Source: a virus
Reading direction: 5' to 3' (one strand)
IMG/VR virus record: IMGVR_UViG_3300011113_000396
Coordinates: 1 to 64,000 of that record
DNA: 64,000 nt
The notes under the pieces are model-generated. The model made no database searches and was not told the origin of the DNA. It worked only from the letters and a program-made list of their open reading frames with translations. Made by a program: the position numbers and the translations under genes. Below, piece by piece: positions 47,853 to 57,695 of the stretch; position 1 is the first letter of the stretch; each line of letters starts with the position of its first letter.

Positions 47853-48424
47853 GCTGCGATAGCAAAATTTCAACTTTCAGAGATGCATTCGCATCATTCC
47901 CAAGAGGAAACAGATATTCCATTTCAGGTCAAATTCCCAATTCAAATAATGGATGGGGTAATGATAATACTGGTGGATTTCATATTCATGCTTTGGCATT
48001 GAATGTTCCTCCAGCAAATCTTACAACTCTTCGATACAATTATAGAGGTAGAACCCTCAAAAATCCCGGAGATAGACTATTTCCATTTTGGAATGTCACT
48101 ATTTTGGACGATACAGGGACTGATACCGTGTGGGAAGCGTTCCACAAATGGAGTAACAGTATCAATGATCATGATTCAAATTTAAGAACTACCTCCGCTT
48201 CAAGCTATGATTCTTATAAGCAGAATGGATGGATAGTTAAGCAATTAGGTCTCAACGGAGATACGATTAAAAGCGTAACTCTTGACGGTTGCTTTCCTTA
48301 CATTGTTGGACCAATTGAGCTTGATATGAATCAAAAAAATACCGTTTGTCAATTTAGCATGGTAATAGCATACGATAGCGTGGTTGATGTGTTTACAAAA
48401 GACGGAACAATTAATATTAATTAA
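47849..48424 (+). CDS. gp19: Tail tube protein paralog 2
   Basis: RGNRY, YRGR..K.PGDR.F..W.VTILDD, AFHKW, FP..VGPI.L. Confidence 0.85.
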   Translation: MSCDSKISTFRDAFASFPRGNRYSISGQIPNSNNGWGNDNTGGFHIHALALNVPPANLTTLRYNYRGRTLKNPGDRLFPFWNVTILDDTGTDTVWEAFHKWSNSINDHDSNLRTTSASSYDSYKQNGWIVKQLGLNGDTIKSVTLDGCFPYIVGPIELDMNQKNTVCQFSMVIAYDSVVDVFTKDGTININ

Positions 48425-48435
48425 TAGGATTTATT

Positions 48436-49977
48436 ATGGCACTATCTGATATTTTAGGTTTTAGTTTTGGTAAGAAGAAAGGCAAAGAGGTTGAAGGTGA
48501 TCAGTCGATTGCTTCCCCGATGCCACCAGAAGATTATGATGGCAGTTATCTAGTAGAAACTGGTGGGGTTTATGGTACTTACATTGACTTCACTGGTAAT
48601 GCGAGAGATGATGGTGCATTTATTGCCCAATATAGAAACATGTCTCTCTACCCAGAAGTTGATACGGCAATTGATGAAATTGTAAATGAGACTATCGTAT
48701 TAGGAACAGATCGTAAACCTATTAAATTACAGCTTGATAAGCTTAATCTTTCAGATAGCATCAAATCAAAGATTCACAAAGAATTCGATCACCTTTTAAA
48801 GATTTTAGATTTCAAAGGCAAGTGCTATGAAATTTTTCGTAGATGGTATATCGATGGAAAAATTTATTATTACATTGAAATCGATAACGATAATCCACAA
48901 CAAGGTATAAGAAAGCTTATACCACTTGATCCAATCAAAATCAAGAAGATCAAGAATCTAAAGAAAAATCAAAAACGAGTTGGTTCTGCTATAGTTCCTC
49001 TTATTCAGGAAGTAGAGGAATATTATCTTTATACAGATACTAACAAAGATTCTTTGATATCAACAGGACCAACAGGCCTTAGATTATCTACGGATTCTAT
49101 TTGCTATGCCCACTCTGGTTTAGTTGACATGAACACCAAGAGAGTTGTCGGCTACCTACAAAAGGCAATTCGAACAATGAACATGTTGCGTCAGCTAGAA
49201 GACGCAATCGTTGTTTATAGAATTTCACGCGCACCAGAACGTCGTATCTTTTATATCGATGTCGGTAATTTGCCAAAGCAAAAGGCAGAACAATATGTCC
49301 GTGAATTGATGAATAGATATCGCAATCGAATGATCTACAATCAGGCCACTGGTGAAATCAAGGATGACCGTAATCATATGGCCATGCTTGAAGATTACTG
49401 GATGCCAAGAAGAGAGGGTGGTAGAGGCACGGAAATCTCTACCCTTGATGGCGGTCAGAACCTCGGTGAAATGACCGATGTTGAATATTTTAAGCGTAAA
49501 CTATATCAATCATTAAATATTCCTGCATCAAGATTAGCTGGCGACAACCAGTTTAACATGGGTCGATCTGCTGAAATCACAAGAGATGAAGTAAAATTCT
49601 TCAAGTTCATCGAAAGAATCCGTTTACGCTTCTCGGTTCTATTCTTGAATTTACTAAAGGTACAGTTGGTTCTCAAAGGAATTATTACTGTAGAAGATTG
49701 GGATGACATGTATTCTGATATTGAGTTTGAATTCAATACAGATTCATATTTTAATGATATCAAGGATGCAGAAGTTCTTGCTAGCAGATTGGATCTTGTA
49801 GCAGCCGCCGAGCAATACATTGGTAAATATTTTTCTACCGATTACATTCGTAAAAATATTTTGAAGCAATCTGATGAAGAAATTGAACTCATAAATACTC
49901 AGATGCAGTTTGATATTTTGAAGATGCAACAAGCTGCGGCAGCTCAACAACAGCAAATGCAACAGGAGCAACAATGA
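48436..49977 (+). CDS. gp20: Portal vertex protein
   Basis: YR.M...PEVD.AI.EIVNE, FRRWYIDG, YRISRAPERRIFYIDVGNLPK.KAEQY, EDYW.PRREGGRGTEI. Confidence 0.97.
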   Translation: MALSDILGFSFGKKKGKEVEGDQSIASPMPPEDYDGSYLVETGGVYGTYIDFTGNARDDGAFIAQYRNMSLYPEVDTAIDEIVNETIVLGTDRKPIKLQLDKLNLSDSIKSKIHKEFDHLLKILDFKGKCYEIFRRWYIDGKIYYYIEIDNDNPQQGIRKLIPLDPIKIKKIKNLKKNQKRVGSAIVPLIQEVEEYYLYTDTNKDSLISTGPTGLRLSTDSICYAHSGLVDMNTKRVVGYLQKAIRTMNMLRQLEDAIVVYRISRAPERRIFYIDVGNLPKQKAEQYVRELMNRYRNRMIYNQATGEIKDDRNHMAMLEDYWMPRREGGRGTEISTLDGGQNLGEMTDVEYFKRKLYQSLNIPASRLAGDNQFNMGRSAEITRDEVKFFKFIERIRLRFSVLFLNLLKVQLVLKGIITVEDWDDMYSDIEFEFNTDSYFNDIKDAEVLASRLDLVAAAEQYIGKYFSTDYIRKNILKQSDEEIELINTQMQFDILKMQQAAAAQQQQMQQEQQ

Positions 49978-50375
49978 AGCATAGACTAAAAAAGATTGTT
50001 TTTGAGTCCTTGGACAAGAACAAACTCCAATTTAATATTAAAAATGAGCTTTCTTTTAGAGTTAGCCAATTAATAAACGAAAAAATGCTTTTTGAGCAGA
50101 ACAGAATGCTACAAAAATGCACTCCAAAAGTTTCGACCGATTCTATGGTTAGATTTGTTTCTGTAATTAAGGAATCCCTACAATCCAAATATCCTATAGA
50201 CATTAAATTAAACAACGGCGAAAATATAACTATTAATAGCAAAGAAGGGCAGAAGTTGGCTATTTTGTTTGATAATCTAAATGAAAATAACCGTGTCAAA
50301 ATGACTTCTTCGCTATTTGAGAATAGCAAAAACTACAAAAATATTTTAGATTTCAGCAAAAATATAAGGAAATAA
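49974..50375 (+). CDS. Prohead core-associated protein
   Basis: Between gp20 and gp21; helical; LNEN-type possible cleavage motifs. Confidence 0.5.
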   Translation: MKHRLKKIVFESLDKNKLQFNIKNELSFRVSQLINEKMLFEQNRMLQKCTPKVSTDSMVRFVSVIKESLQSKYPIDIKLNNGENITINSKEGQKLAILFDNLNENNRVKMTSSLFENSKNYKNILDFSKNIRK

Positions 50376-50376
50376 A

Positions 50377-50685
50377 ATGTCATCAAAGAAAATTTTCAAA
50401 CAAATCCTTGAAGAGAATGTAGTCGGAGCTAGAAACTCCGTCCGTGAAATGCTTTATTCTAAGCTAAAACAAAGACTCAATGAAAAGTATATTGAAGTAT
50501 CAAGAACATATTTCAATGAAGGTAAAATGGAAGATGTTGATGGCGATGGTCAGGTCGGTAATGATACCGAAGACGCTATTGCTACCAAGTTCATGAAGAT
50601 GGGAATGCCTCAAGATAAAGCAGTTGCAAAGGCAAAGAGCATAACTGCTAAAAAGGGCAGCAAAGATAAGAAGAACAAAAAATGA
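50377..50685 (+). CDS. Prohead core protein (gp67/68-like)
   Basis: Directly before gp21; ILEE/LNE motifs; DVDGDG loop. Confidence 0.55.
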   Translation: MSSKKIFKQILEENVVGARNSVREMLYSKLKQRLNEKYIEVSRTYFNEGKMEDVDGDGQVGNDTEDAIATKFMKMGMPQDKAVAKAKSITAKKGSKDKKNKK

Positions 50686-51329
50686 AGTTAATCACCGAAA
50701 CAATTGAAAATGTTCGTGTAATAACTGAAAGCGTCGATGGAAATAACAAGAATTATTTCATCGAAGGTATCTTCATGCAAGCTGATACCAAGAATAGAAA
50801 TGGTAGAACTTACCCCAAGCCTATTCTTATGAATGAAGTTAGACGTTATATCAACGAACATGTCAATAATAAGAGAGCCTTCGGTGAACTAAACCATCCA
50901 ACTGGTCCTTCTGTCAATCTAGACAGAGTCTCACATCTTATCACAGAACTCCACGAACGTGGAAATGATGTTTATGGTAAGGCTAAAATTCTTGATACCC
51001 CAACCGGAAAAATTGTTAAGAGTCTTTTAGGAGAAGGCGTTCAGCTTGGAGTTTCTTCAAGAGGAATGGGTTCTCTAAAGAAGACCAAAGAAGGTGTCAA
51101 TCAAGTACAAGAAGACTTCATGCTTGCTGCGGTTGACATTGTAGCAGATCCTTCTGCTCCACATGCGTTTGTCAACGGCATAATGGAAGGTAAAGAATGG
51201 GTATGGAGTAATGGTGTTCTTAAAGAACAGACCATCTCCAACTATAAGAAAGAAATTCTAAAGACTCCAAGCAAGCAACTTCAAGAAAAAGTTCTTAAGA
51301 CATTTGAACACTTTTTAAGAAATCTATGA
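50682..51329 (+). CDS. gp21: Prohead protease
   Basis: MKLITE, IEGIFMQ...KNRNGR.YP, GEL.HP, GVSSRGMGSL, DIVADPSAP.AFV.GIME. Confidence 0.97.
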   Translation: MKLITETIENVRVITESVDGNNKNYFIEGIFMQADTKNRNGRTYPKPILMNEVRRYINEHVNNKRAFGELNHPTGPSVNLDRVSHLITELHERGNDVYGKAKILDTPTGKIVKSLLGEGVQLGVSSRGMGSLKKTKEGVNQVQEDFMLAAVDIVADPSAPHAFVNGIMEGKEWVWSNGVLKEQTISNYKKEILKTPSKQLQEKVLKTFEHFLRNL

Positions 51330-51817
51330 ATTACTTAGAGCAAACATATTTAAAACAAATCAATCAACTTCAAGAAGAGTTGAATGTTTTAAAACATCAA
51401 GAAAAAACATTGTCTGAACAATCTACATTTGAATCACAAGCAGATGTAGAAACTTATGCAAAAACTGCACTCGATTCTTTAAGTCCAGAAAACTTAGTTC
51501 GTGATGCCGCAAGTGCATTAGTAGGATCAATGGCAGTTAAAAATGTATTAGGTCAAGTAAATTTAAAGCAAATTCTTCAAAAAAATATGCAAGATTTTAT
51601 GAGAGGAACTTTAGAATATAGTTTAGGCGATATTGGAAATTCGCTCGCAAATACTTTAGTCAACGCTGCTGGTAGGAATCCTTTCCAACTTGCTAAGGCA
51701 ATTAGCGTGACTCGTTACAATCCATATGCAATTTTTGATCCCACAGAAAGAAATGATGGTACGCGAAGAGCTAATCCACAAAATATAGATTCATTGTTAG
51801 CTAATGAATCAGATTAA
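51326..51817 (+). CDS. Hypothetical protein inserted between gp21 and gp22
   Basis: 163-aa ORF with ATGA overlap; N-terminal coiled-coil ending in LSE. Confidence 0.6.
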   Translation: MNYLEQTYLKQINQLQEELNVLKHQEKTLSEQSTFESQADVETYAKTALDSLSPENLVRDAASALVGSMAVKNVLGQVNLKQILQKNMQDFMRGTLEYSLGDIGNSLANTLVNAAGRNPFQLAKAISVTRYNPYAIFDPTERNDGTRRANPQNIDSLLANESD

Positions 51818-51837
51818 TAAATAATTTAGGAGAAAAT

Positions 51838-52890
51838 ATGAGAAACAGAAAAAAATATATCGAAGATGAAATTCTAAGCGAAGAGATGGAAGATGAGACT
51901 GAGGAAGAAGAAATGGATGATTCCGAGGAACAAATGGATGATGATTCCGAAGATGAAGATACTTCTTCTAACCCCGGCAAAAAGGCAGCTGGATTCGTTG
52001 ACTTTGATGTTAACGGAATGGGCAGCATGGATGCTAATGGCGGTAGAGTATTCATTCAAACAGATCCAAGAATGGATCCAAACATGGCCAATCTTGCTCC
52101 CTACAACCAAATGACTATTGCTACCCCCAAGGTATCACCTGTTCAGATGAAGGAAGCATTTGACGCAATCTTTGCGGATGCTGCTCTTTCAGAAGAAGTT
52201 GTAAACAAGCTACAGACCGTATTTGTTGCTGCACTCAACGAAAAAGTTGAAGAGCACGCTAAGAACACAACCAAGATTCTTGCCGAGCAATACGAAAAGA
52301 ATCTTGAAATCATGGCAGGAACATTGGCTGAAAAGCTTGATGAGTATCTTGGCTATGTCGTTGAAGAATGGATGGACGAGAACAAGGTTGAAGTAGAACG
52401 CGGCATTAAGACTCAGGTTGCTGAAAATTTCATTCGTGGTCTAAAAAATCTATTCGAAGCACATTACATTGATGTTCCAGAAGAGAAGTACAACCTTGTC
52501 GATGAACTATTTGAACAGAATGATGAATTGACAAGAACCATGAACAAGGTCATTAATGAAAACATGAACCTCAAGAAGGAAAGTGTTGCCAATAAGATCT
52601 CAAGCATCTTCCTAGAAGAATGCCATGGATTAACCGATACACAAGTCGAAAAACTAGGCTCGCTTGCTAAGGGTCTCGATTTTGATGGAGAAAATTCATT
52701 TAGAGGTAAGCTACAATCGCTCAAGGAAGCTTATTTCTTCAGAAAACAAGAAGCCAGACCAGCTCCAGTAGCTCCAGTAGCTAGTCCAGTAATGGATCTA
52801 CATGAGATGGTTCAGCCGACTGCGCCAACTATAGACAATGAAACCGTCGCTCAAGTGGCTAGAGCAATGAGTAGACATATTAAGAAATAA
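51838..52890 (+). CDS. gp22: Prohead core scaffold protein
   Basis: Acidic N-terminus; LSEE, LDEYL.YVVEEW..EN..., FI.GLK.LF..HYIDVPEEK; AATAAATA + AGGAG upstream. Confidence 0.92.
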   Translation: MRNRKKYIEDEILSEEMEDETEEEEMDDSEEQMDDDSEDEDTSSNPGKKAAGFVDFDVNGMGSMDANGGRVFIQTDPRMDPNMANLAPYNQMTIATPKVSPVQMKEAFDAIFADAALSEEVVNKLQTVFVAALNEKVEEHAKNTTKILAEQYEKNLEIMAGTLAEKLDEYLGYVVEEWMDENKVEVERGIKTQVAENFIRGLKNLFEAHYIDVPEEKYNLVDELFEQNDELTRTMNKVINENMNLKKESVANKISSIFLEECHGLTDTQVEKLGSLAKGLDFDGENSFRGKLQSLKEAYFFRKQEARPAPVAPVASPVMDLHEMVQPTAPTIDNETVAQVARAMSRHIKK

Positions 52891-52901
52891 TAAGGATTTA
52901 A

Positions 52902-52909
52902 CCTAAATA
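52902..52909 (+). promoter_or_regulatory. Late promoter for the major capsid gene
   Basis: CCTAAATA followed by AGGAGA and ATG 52929. Confidence 0.6.
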
Positions 52910-52928
52910 ACACAGGAGAAAAATAAAA

Positions 52929-54332
52929 ATGTTCGAAGATTCAACACCGTATGATATTTTAACTGAAAAGTGGAACCCCGTCCTAAATCACGACGCAGTT
53001 CCCGCTATTGAAGATGTATACAAGAAGAAAGTAACCGCAGTCCTTCTTGAGAACCAAGAAGCTGCTATGCGTCAGCAGTATCTAACCGAAACTTCAGCCA
53101 ATGCTATTGGTGGTGGTTTCGCTCTTAACACCAATGCCAATCCCAACACCAATCTAGCTGGTTATGACCCAATCCTAATCAGCCTCGTTCGCCGCGCCAT
53201 GCCAAACCTCATGGCCTACGACATCGCTGGTGTTCAGCCCATGACCGCTCCTACTGGACTCATTTTTGCAATGAGATCTAAGTATGACGGTCAGGGCGGA
53301 AATGAAGCTCTATTCGCTGAACCATTTGCTAAGTTCAGCGGTTCAGGTGCAACCTCAGCTGGTGCTGCAACTGATACAGATCCAACTGCTGGTGTAGCTC
53401 CAGTAAGTTTCTCTGGACTAACTGTTACTAAGGCTTCAATTTTTGGACATGAGTTCCAAGCATTAAACACAGCTAGAGCTGAAGGTTTAGGAGAATCTGC
53501 TTCTAATGTATTTAAAGAAATGGCATTTGCTATCGACCGTATTGCCGTAACTGCTAAGACTCGCGCTCTAAAGGCAGAGTATACCACTGAGCTTGCTCAG
53601 GACCTTAAGGCTGTTCACGGACTTGACGCTGAAACCGAACTCGCCAACATCCTAAGCACTGAAATTCTTGCTGAAATGAACCGCGAGCTTATCCGCAACA
53701 TTTATCACGTTGCCAAGCTTGGTTGCCAGCAGTCAGATCTTTTCTACAAGTCATCATCACCCGGTACTGGTGGTGCATATGACCTAGCTCTCGACTCAGA
53801 CGGTCGTTGGAGCGCAGAACGCTTCCGTGGCCTCATGTTCCAGATTGAACGTGAAGCTAACCTAATTGCTAAGGACACTCGTCGCGGTAAGGGTAACTTC
53901 ATCGTCTGCTCATCAGACGTTGCTTCAGCCCTCACCATGGGTGGCTTCCTCCAGTTGACCCCAGCTCCTGCTACCCAGCTTGAAGTTGATGATACTGGAA
54001 ACACCTTCGCTGGTATTCTAGCTGGTAAGATGCGCGTTTACATTGACCCCTACAGCAGCGCAACCCAGAACTTTGTCTGCGTTGGCTATAGAGGTGCAAG
54101 CCCCTACGACGCTGGTCTCTTCTACTGCCCATACGTTCCACTCCAGATGGTTCGTGCAGTCGATCCTGACACCTTCCAGCCCAAGATTGGCTTCAAGACC
54201 CGCTACGGCATGGTCCAGAACCCATTCGTCCGCGTTTCTGGTTCACCAGACGGCGCAAACATGTCCGAAGGTAAGAATCAGTACTATAGACTCTTCGCAG
54301 TCACCAACCTCCACGGTAACACTGGTAACTGA
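52929..54332 (+). CDS. gp23: Major capsid protein
   Basis: KW.PVL, LLENQE, YDPILISLVRRAMPNL.AYD..GVQPM..PTGLIFAMR, RALKAEY..ELAQDLKA.HGLDAE.EL, YCPYVPLQM. Confidence 0.98.
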   Translation: MFEDSTPYDILTEKWNPVLNHDAVPAIEDVYKKKVTAVLLENQEAAMRQQYLTETSANAIGGGFALNTNANPNTNLAGYDPILISLVRRAMPNLMAYDIAGVQPMTAPTGLIFAMRSKYDGQGGNEALFAEPFAKFSGSGATSAGAATDTDPTAGVAPVSFSGLTVTKASIFGHEFQALNTARAEGLGESASNVFKEMAFAIDRIAVTAKTRALKAEYTTELAQDLKAVHGLDAETELANILSTEILAEMNRELIRNIYHVAKLGCQQSDLFYKSSSPGTGGAYDLALDSDGRWSAERFRGLMFQIEREANLIAKDTRRGKGNFIVCSSDVASALTMGGFLQLTPAPATQLEVDDTGNTFAGILAGKMRVYIDPYSSATQNFVCVGYRGASPYDAGLFYCPYVPLQMVRAVDPDTFQPKIGFKTRYGMVQNPFVRVSGSPDGANMSEGKNQYYRLFAVTNLHGNTGN

Positions 54333-54356
54333 TAAGTTTCTATAAAAGGAAATGAG

Positions 54357-54385
54357 AAGGGAGAGGAGAAATCCTCTCCCTTTTT
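54357..54385 (+). terminator. Intrinsic terminator after gp23
   Basis: AAGGGAGAGGA-GAAA-TCCTCTCCC followed by TTTTT. Confidence 0.9.
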
Positions 54386-54400
54386 CATTATACATACATT

Positions 54401-54922
54401 ATGGCGCAAGCTGATTATCCAGTTAATATTAGTCAACTTAATAGAAATTTTTATACCTTTAAGTTGTCTAGAATACCTACTACAACCTTCTTTTTACAGA
54501 AGGTTACTTTGCCGGGTATTCTATCCCCAAATTTTGATCAGCCAACCACATTAGGTGTTCCAGTAAAAAGACCACTTGGAACCTATAATTTCGCAAATCT
54601 TGATATTGAATTTATTGTAGATGAAAATATGACTAACTGGTTGGAGATTTATAGATGGATGAGAAATATAGGTAATCTTGATTCGGATTGCACTTATAAT
54701 ATTCCCGAAAATAAATTTACATCAACTGGAACTCTTATCATTCAGAAGAGTTCATATACAGCAAATATTACTACCACCTTCTTTGATATATTTCCTATAT
54801 CATTGGGGGGAATTGGCTTTGATACTACACTTCCAGCATCCGAGCCAGCAAGAGTAAGTGCATCATTTGCCTATACATACTATAGCTTTAGTCCAGATCC
54901 GGGAAATACTACTTTAGATTGA
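54401..54922 (+). CDS. gp3: Tail completion / tube terminator
   Basis: F.L.R.P...FF.Q.V.LPG, L.I.F.VDE.M.NW.EI..W, F...FP.SL.G..FD; TATACATA 4 nt upstream. Confidence 0.88.
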   Translation: MAQADYPVNISQLNRNFYTFKLSRIPTTTFFLQKVTLPGILSPNFDQPTTLGVPVKRPLGTYNFANLDIEFIVDENMTNWLEIYRWMRNIGNLDSDCTYNIPENKFTSTGTLIIQKSSYTANITTTFFDIFPISLGGIGFDTTLPASEPARVSASFAYTYYSFSPDPGNTTLD

Positions 54923-54951
54923 TTTTATTTATATTTGTGTATACTTAAATT

Positions 54952-55386
54952 ATGAATTTTGATGAACTAAAAGAACAGGTCGAAAAAGATCTTAAGATCG
55001 ATATCACAGAACTTGCTCAAGAATCTGTAATAACACCGCAGATTCACAACAAGTATTTGTTATTTTTCAAAAAATACAAAGAAGAACTTTCTGCCGATGA
55101 ACGAACCATGAAAGTATTAAGAAAATACAAATGGCTTTATTACATGGGAAAGTTGAGCAGAGAAGAATTACAGAATCTCAAATGGGAACCATTTGAATTA
55201 AATATTCTCAAGACAGACGTAGATAAGTTCATCGAAGCTGACGATGACATTATCAATCTTGAAGGAAAAATTGCAGAAAAGAAAGAAATGGTCAATTATC
55301 TTGATGGTGTCATTAAGATTGTAAATGGTCGCCAATGGAATATTAGATCCGCTATTGATTGGATTAAATTCACAAATGGACAATGA
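54952..55386 (+). CDS. uvsY: Recombination mediator
   Basis: D..ID..EL..ES...PQ.H.KYL, KW.YY.GK, LK.D.....AD, R.W.I..AI.W.KF..G. Confidence 0.9.
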   Translation: MNFDELKEQVEKDLKIDITELAQESVITPQIHNKYLLFFKKYKEELSADERTMKVLRKYKWLYYMGKLSREELQNLKWEPFELNILKTDVDKFIEADDDIINLEGKIAEKKEMVNYLDGVIKIVNGRQWNIRSAIDWIKFTNGQ

Positions 55387-56869
55387 AATTAAAATAGAAG
55401 CTGTTGATGATGCATTCATCAAGATACGATGTCCAAAGGATATCGCTAAAGAGCTTAATACCTATTTTACATTCACAGTTCCTAATCACAAATACAATCC
55501 ATCATTTAAAAAGAGATTATGGGATGGTAAGATTCGTCTTTATAACCTTGCTAGTCAGCGAATTTACAAGGGAATGCTTCCATATGTTAAAAAGTTCTTC
55601 GATGATCGGCATTATCCTTATAAAAATGAAATCATTGAAGACACTACTTACATTGAAGAAGATCACATCCGCAAATTCATAACCGATTATCTTAAGGTAT
55701 CAAGTGGCGGAAAAATTATAACTCCCCACGATTATCAAATTAATGCAGTAACTCATGGAATTAGAAACAAGAGAGCATTACTTCTTTCTCCAACTGGTTC
55801 CGGCAAATCATTAATAATTTATTCATTAATTCGATACTTTATTGATAATATGCCAAAGGATAAAAGTATCTTAATTGTTGTGCCTACCACAAGTCTGGTT
55901 GCTCAATTATATAATGACTTTGCAGACTACTCTAAATTAAATGGCTGGGATGTTAAGGCAAATGTTAAAAAGATATATGCTGGGGAGTCTAAAGTTATTG
56001 ACAAAAAAGTAATTATCTCTACATGGCAAAGTATCTTCAGAGAGAATGAAAAATTTTTTGATAACTTTCATGCTGTCATAGGCGACGAATGTCATTTATT
56101 CAAAGCAAAATCTCTTTCCATGATTATGGAAAAGATGAAAAACTGCCCAGTTCGTTTTGGTCTTTCGGGAACACTTGATAACACTAAAGTTCATAAATTT
56201 ATAATCGAAGGGCTATTTGGACCTCTTTATAGAGTTACTACTACTAAGTCTCTAATTGAGAAGGATGTATTAAGTAATATTAATATCAATTGCTTAATCT
56301 TTAAGTATCCTCTTGAAGAATGTAATAAGGTAAAAAGAGTAGATTACAGAGATGAATTAGATTTTATATTTTCAAGTGAAAAAAGATACAACATGATACA
56401 TCAGCTATGTAAATCCTTAAAGGGAAATACATTGGTACTTTTCAGTCATGTAGAAACGCATGGAAAAAAATTGTACGATATGATGAAGGATTTTGATAAG
56501 AGTGTTTTCTATATTTCAGGAGAAGTTCCTCTTGATGAGAGAGAATTTATACGACAAAAGATTGATACTCTTGAAGATAGCATTCTAATAGCATCATATG
56601 GTACATGTTCTACTGGCATTAATATTAAGAACATTCATAACATTGTTTTCTCGTCCCCATCGAAATCTGTTGTTCGTGTTCTTCAGTCTATTGGCCGAGG
56701 ATTGAGAAAAGCTGATAATAAAACACATATGACTTTATATGATTTGGTAGATGATTTGAGATATAAGAAATATACAAATCATACATTCAACCATTTCATT
56801 GAACGATTGAAGATTTATGAAAATGAAAAATTTCCTTTCAAGCTCATAAATCTCAATCAAGATTCATAA
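55376..56869 (+). CDS. uvsW: SF2 RNA-DNA/DNA helicase
   Basis: WDGKIRL, SPTGSGKS, STWQS, DECH, QSIGRGLR; start moved to MDNEIK. Confidence 0.95.
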   Translation: MDNEIKIEAVDDAFIKIRCPKDIAKELNTYFTFTVPNHKYNPSFKKRLWDGKIRLYNLASQRIYKGMLPYVKKFFDDRHYPYKNEIIEDTTYIEEDHIRKFITDYLKVSSGGKIITPHDYQINAVTHGIRNKRALLLSPTGSGKSLIIYSLIRYFIDNMPKDKSILIVVPTTSLVAQLYNDFADYSKLNGWDVKANVKKIYAGESKVIDKKVIISTWQSIFRENEKFFDNFHAVIGDECHLFKAKSLSMIMEKMKNCPVRFGLSGTLDNTKVHKFIIEGLFGPLYRVTTTKSLIEKDVLSNININCLIFKYPLEECNKVKRVDYRDELDFIFSSEKRYNMIHQLCKSLKGNTLVLFSHVETHGKKLYDMMKDFDKSVFYISGEVPLDEREFIRQKIDTLEDSILIASYGTCSTGINIKNIHNIVFSSPSKSVVRVLQSIGRGLRKADNKTHMTLYDLVDDLRYKKYTNHTFNHFIERLKIYENEKFPFKLINLNQDS

Positions 56870-56875
56870 ATACTA

Positions 56876-57604
56876 ATGGAGGTCATTATGGATTTAGACT
56901 ACAAGATCTTTAAGTTGAAAAGTGGTGAAGAAATAATTGGCTTGATCGATAGTCAGGATGATATGACCATAAAAATCAGTAGACCAATGGTGGTAAAGTC
57001 AGTTTTGATGGTTGATAAATCTGGCTATCCAAAAGAAGTTATGATTATGCGTAATTGGCTTGAATTAACAAATGAATTAGATGTTAAATTGCCAAAAGAT
57101 CACATTGCAACTACTTTAAATCCTGCAAAGGAAACTGTTTTTCTATACGAAAAGCAAAAAATACGCGAGGATCAAGAATATCTCTACAAGCAAATGATGG
57201 AAGATATTACTCCTCAACTTCCAAGTGATTTAGGATTTTCTGGAATGAATCCACAGATGATGAATATGATTCAAAAGAAAATGGAAGAAGAGCTTTTTGG
57301 CAAACAGCAAAAAAACGAAGAAGGAGATACTGCAACTCCAGAACAACCAGAAAAAAAACCAAATATGGTTGGAATGTTCTTGTTCTTTCCTCCCGATATT
57401 ATTGCAGATCTGATTGACACTGGAGTTTTAGATCCTGAGATGTTTGCTGAACTCGCTGAAGATGATGCTTTAATTCCTGAAATGGAAAGACTTTCAGAGA
57501 AAGAACTCAAAGAAATTGATTTGAGTGATTGGCCTGATGATCCAAGTAAGCTCATTCAGGATAGCTCTGAAGATAACTCTGAAGAAGACTCAGAGGATAC
57601 TTAA
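56876..57604 (+). CDS. Sm-like domain protein with acidic tail
   Basis: KIFKLKSGEEIIG motif; likely start ATG 56888 after GGAGG; CATAAATA upstream. Confidence 0.65.
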   Translation: MEVIMDLDYKIFKLKSGEEIIGLIDSQDDMTIKISRPMVVKSVLMVDKSGYPKEVMIMRNWLELTNELDVKLPKDHIATTLNPAKETVFLYEKQKIREDQEYLYKQMMEDITPQLPSDLGFSGMNPQMMNMIQKKMEEELFGKQQKNEEGDTATPEQPEKKPNMVGMFLFFPPDIIADLIDTGVLDPEMFAELAEDDALIPEMERLSEKELKEIDLSDWPDDPSKLIQDSSEDNSEEDSEDT

Positions 57605-57659
57605 AGTACTCTATAGTATCTAATAAGTATAATTTCCCTTGTCCATCGCGTACACGCTC

Positions 57660-57687
57660 ATTGTAGCAAGGAAAACAATTCTGTCAA
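57660..57687 (-). promoter_or_regulatory. Antisense sigma70-type promoter
   Basis: TTGACA-16 nt-TACAAT with TGn extension on the minus strand. Confidence 0.55.
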
Positions 57688-57695
57688 TACCCCCC

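Noticed and set aside
52755-52792. Short CCAGTAGCT repeats in gp22 (also the poly-Q at the end of gp20)
   Set aside because: Low-complexity coding linkers; no evidence of a separate function.
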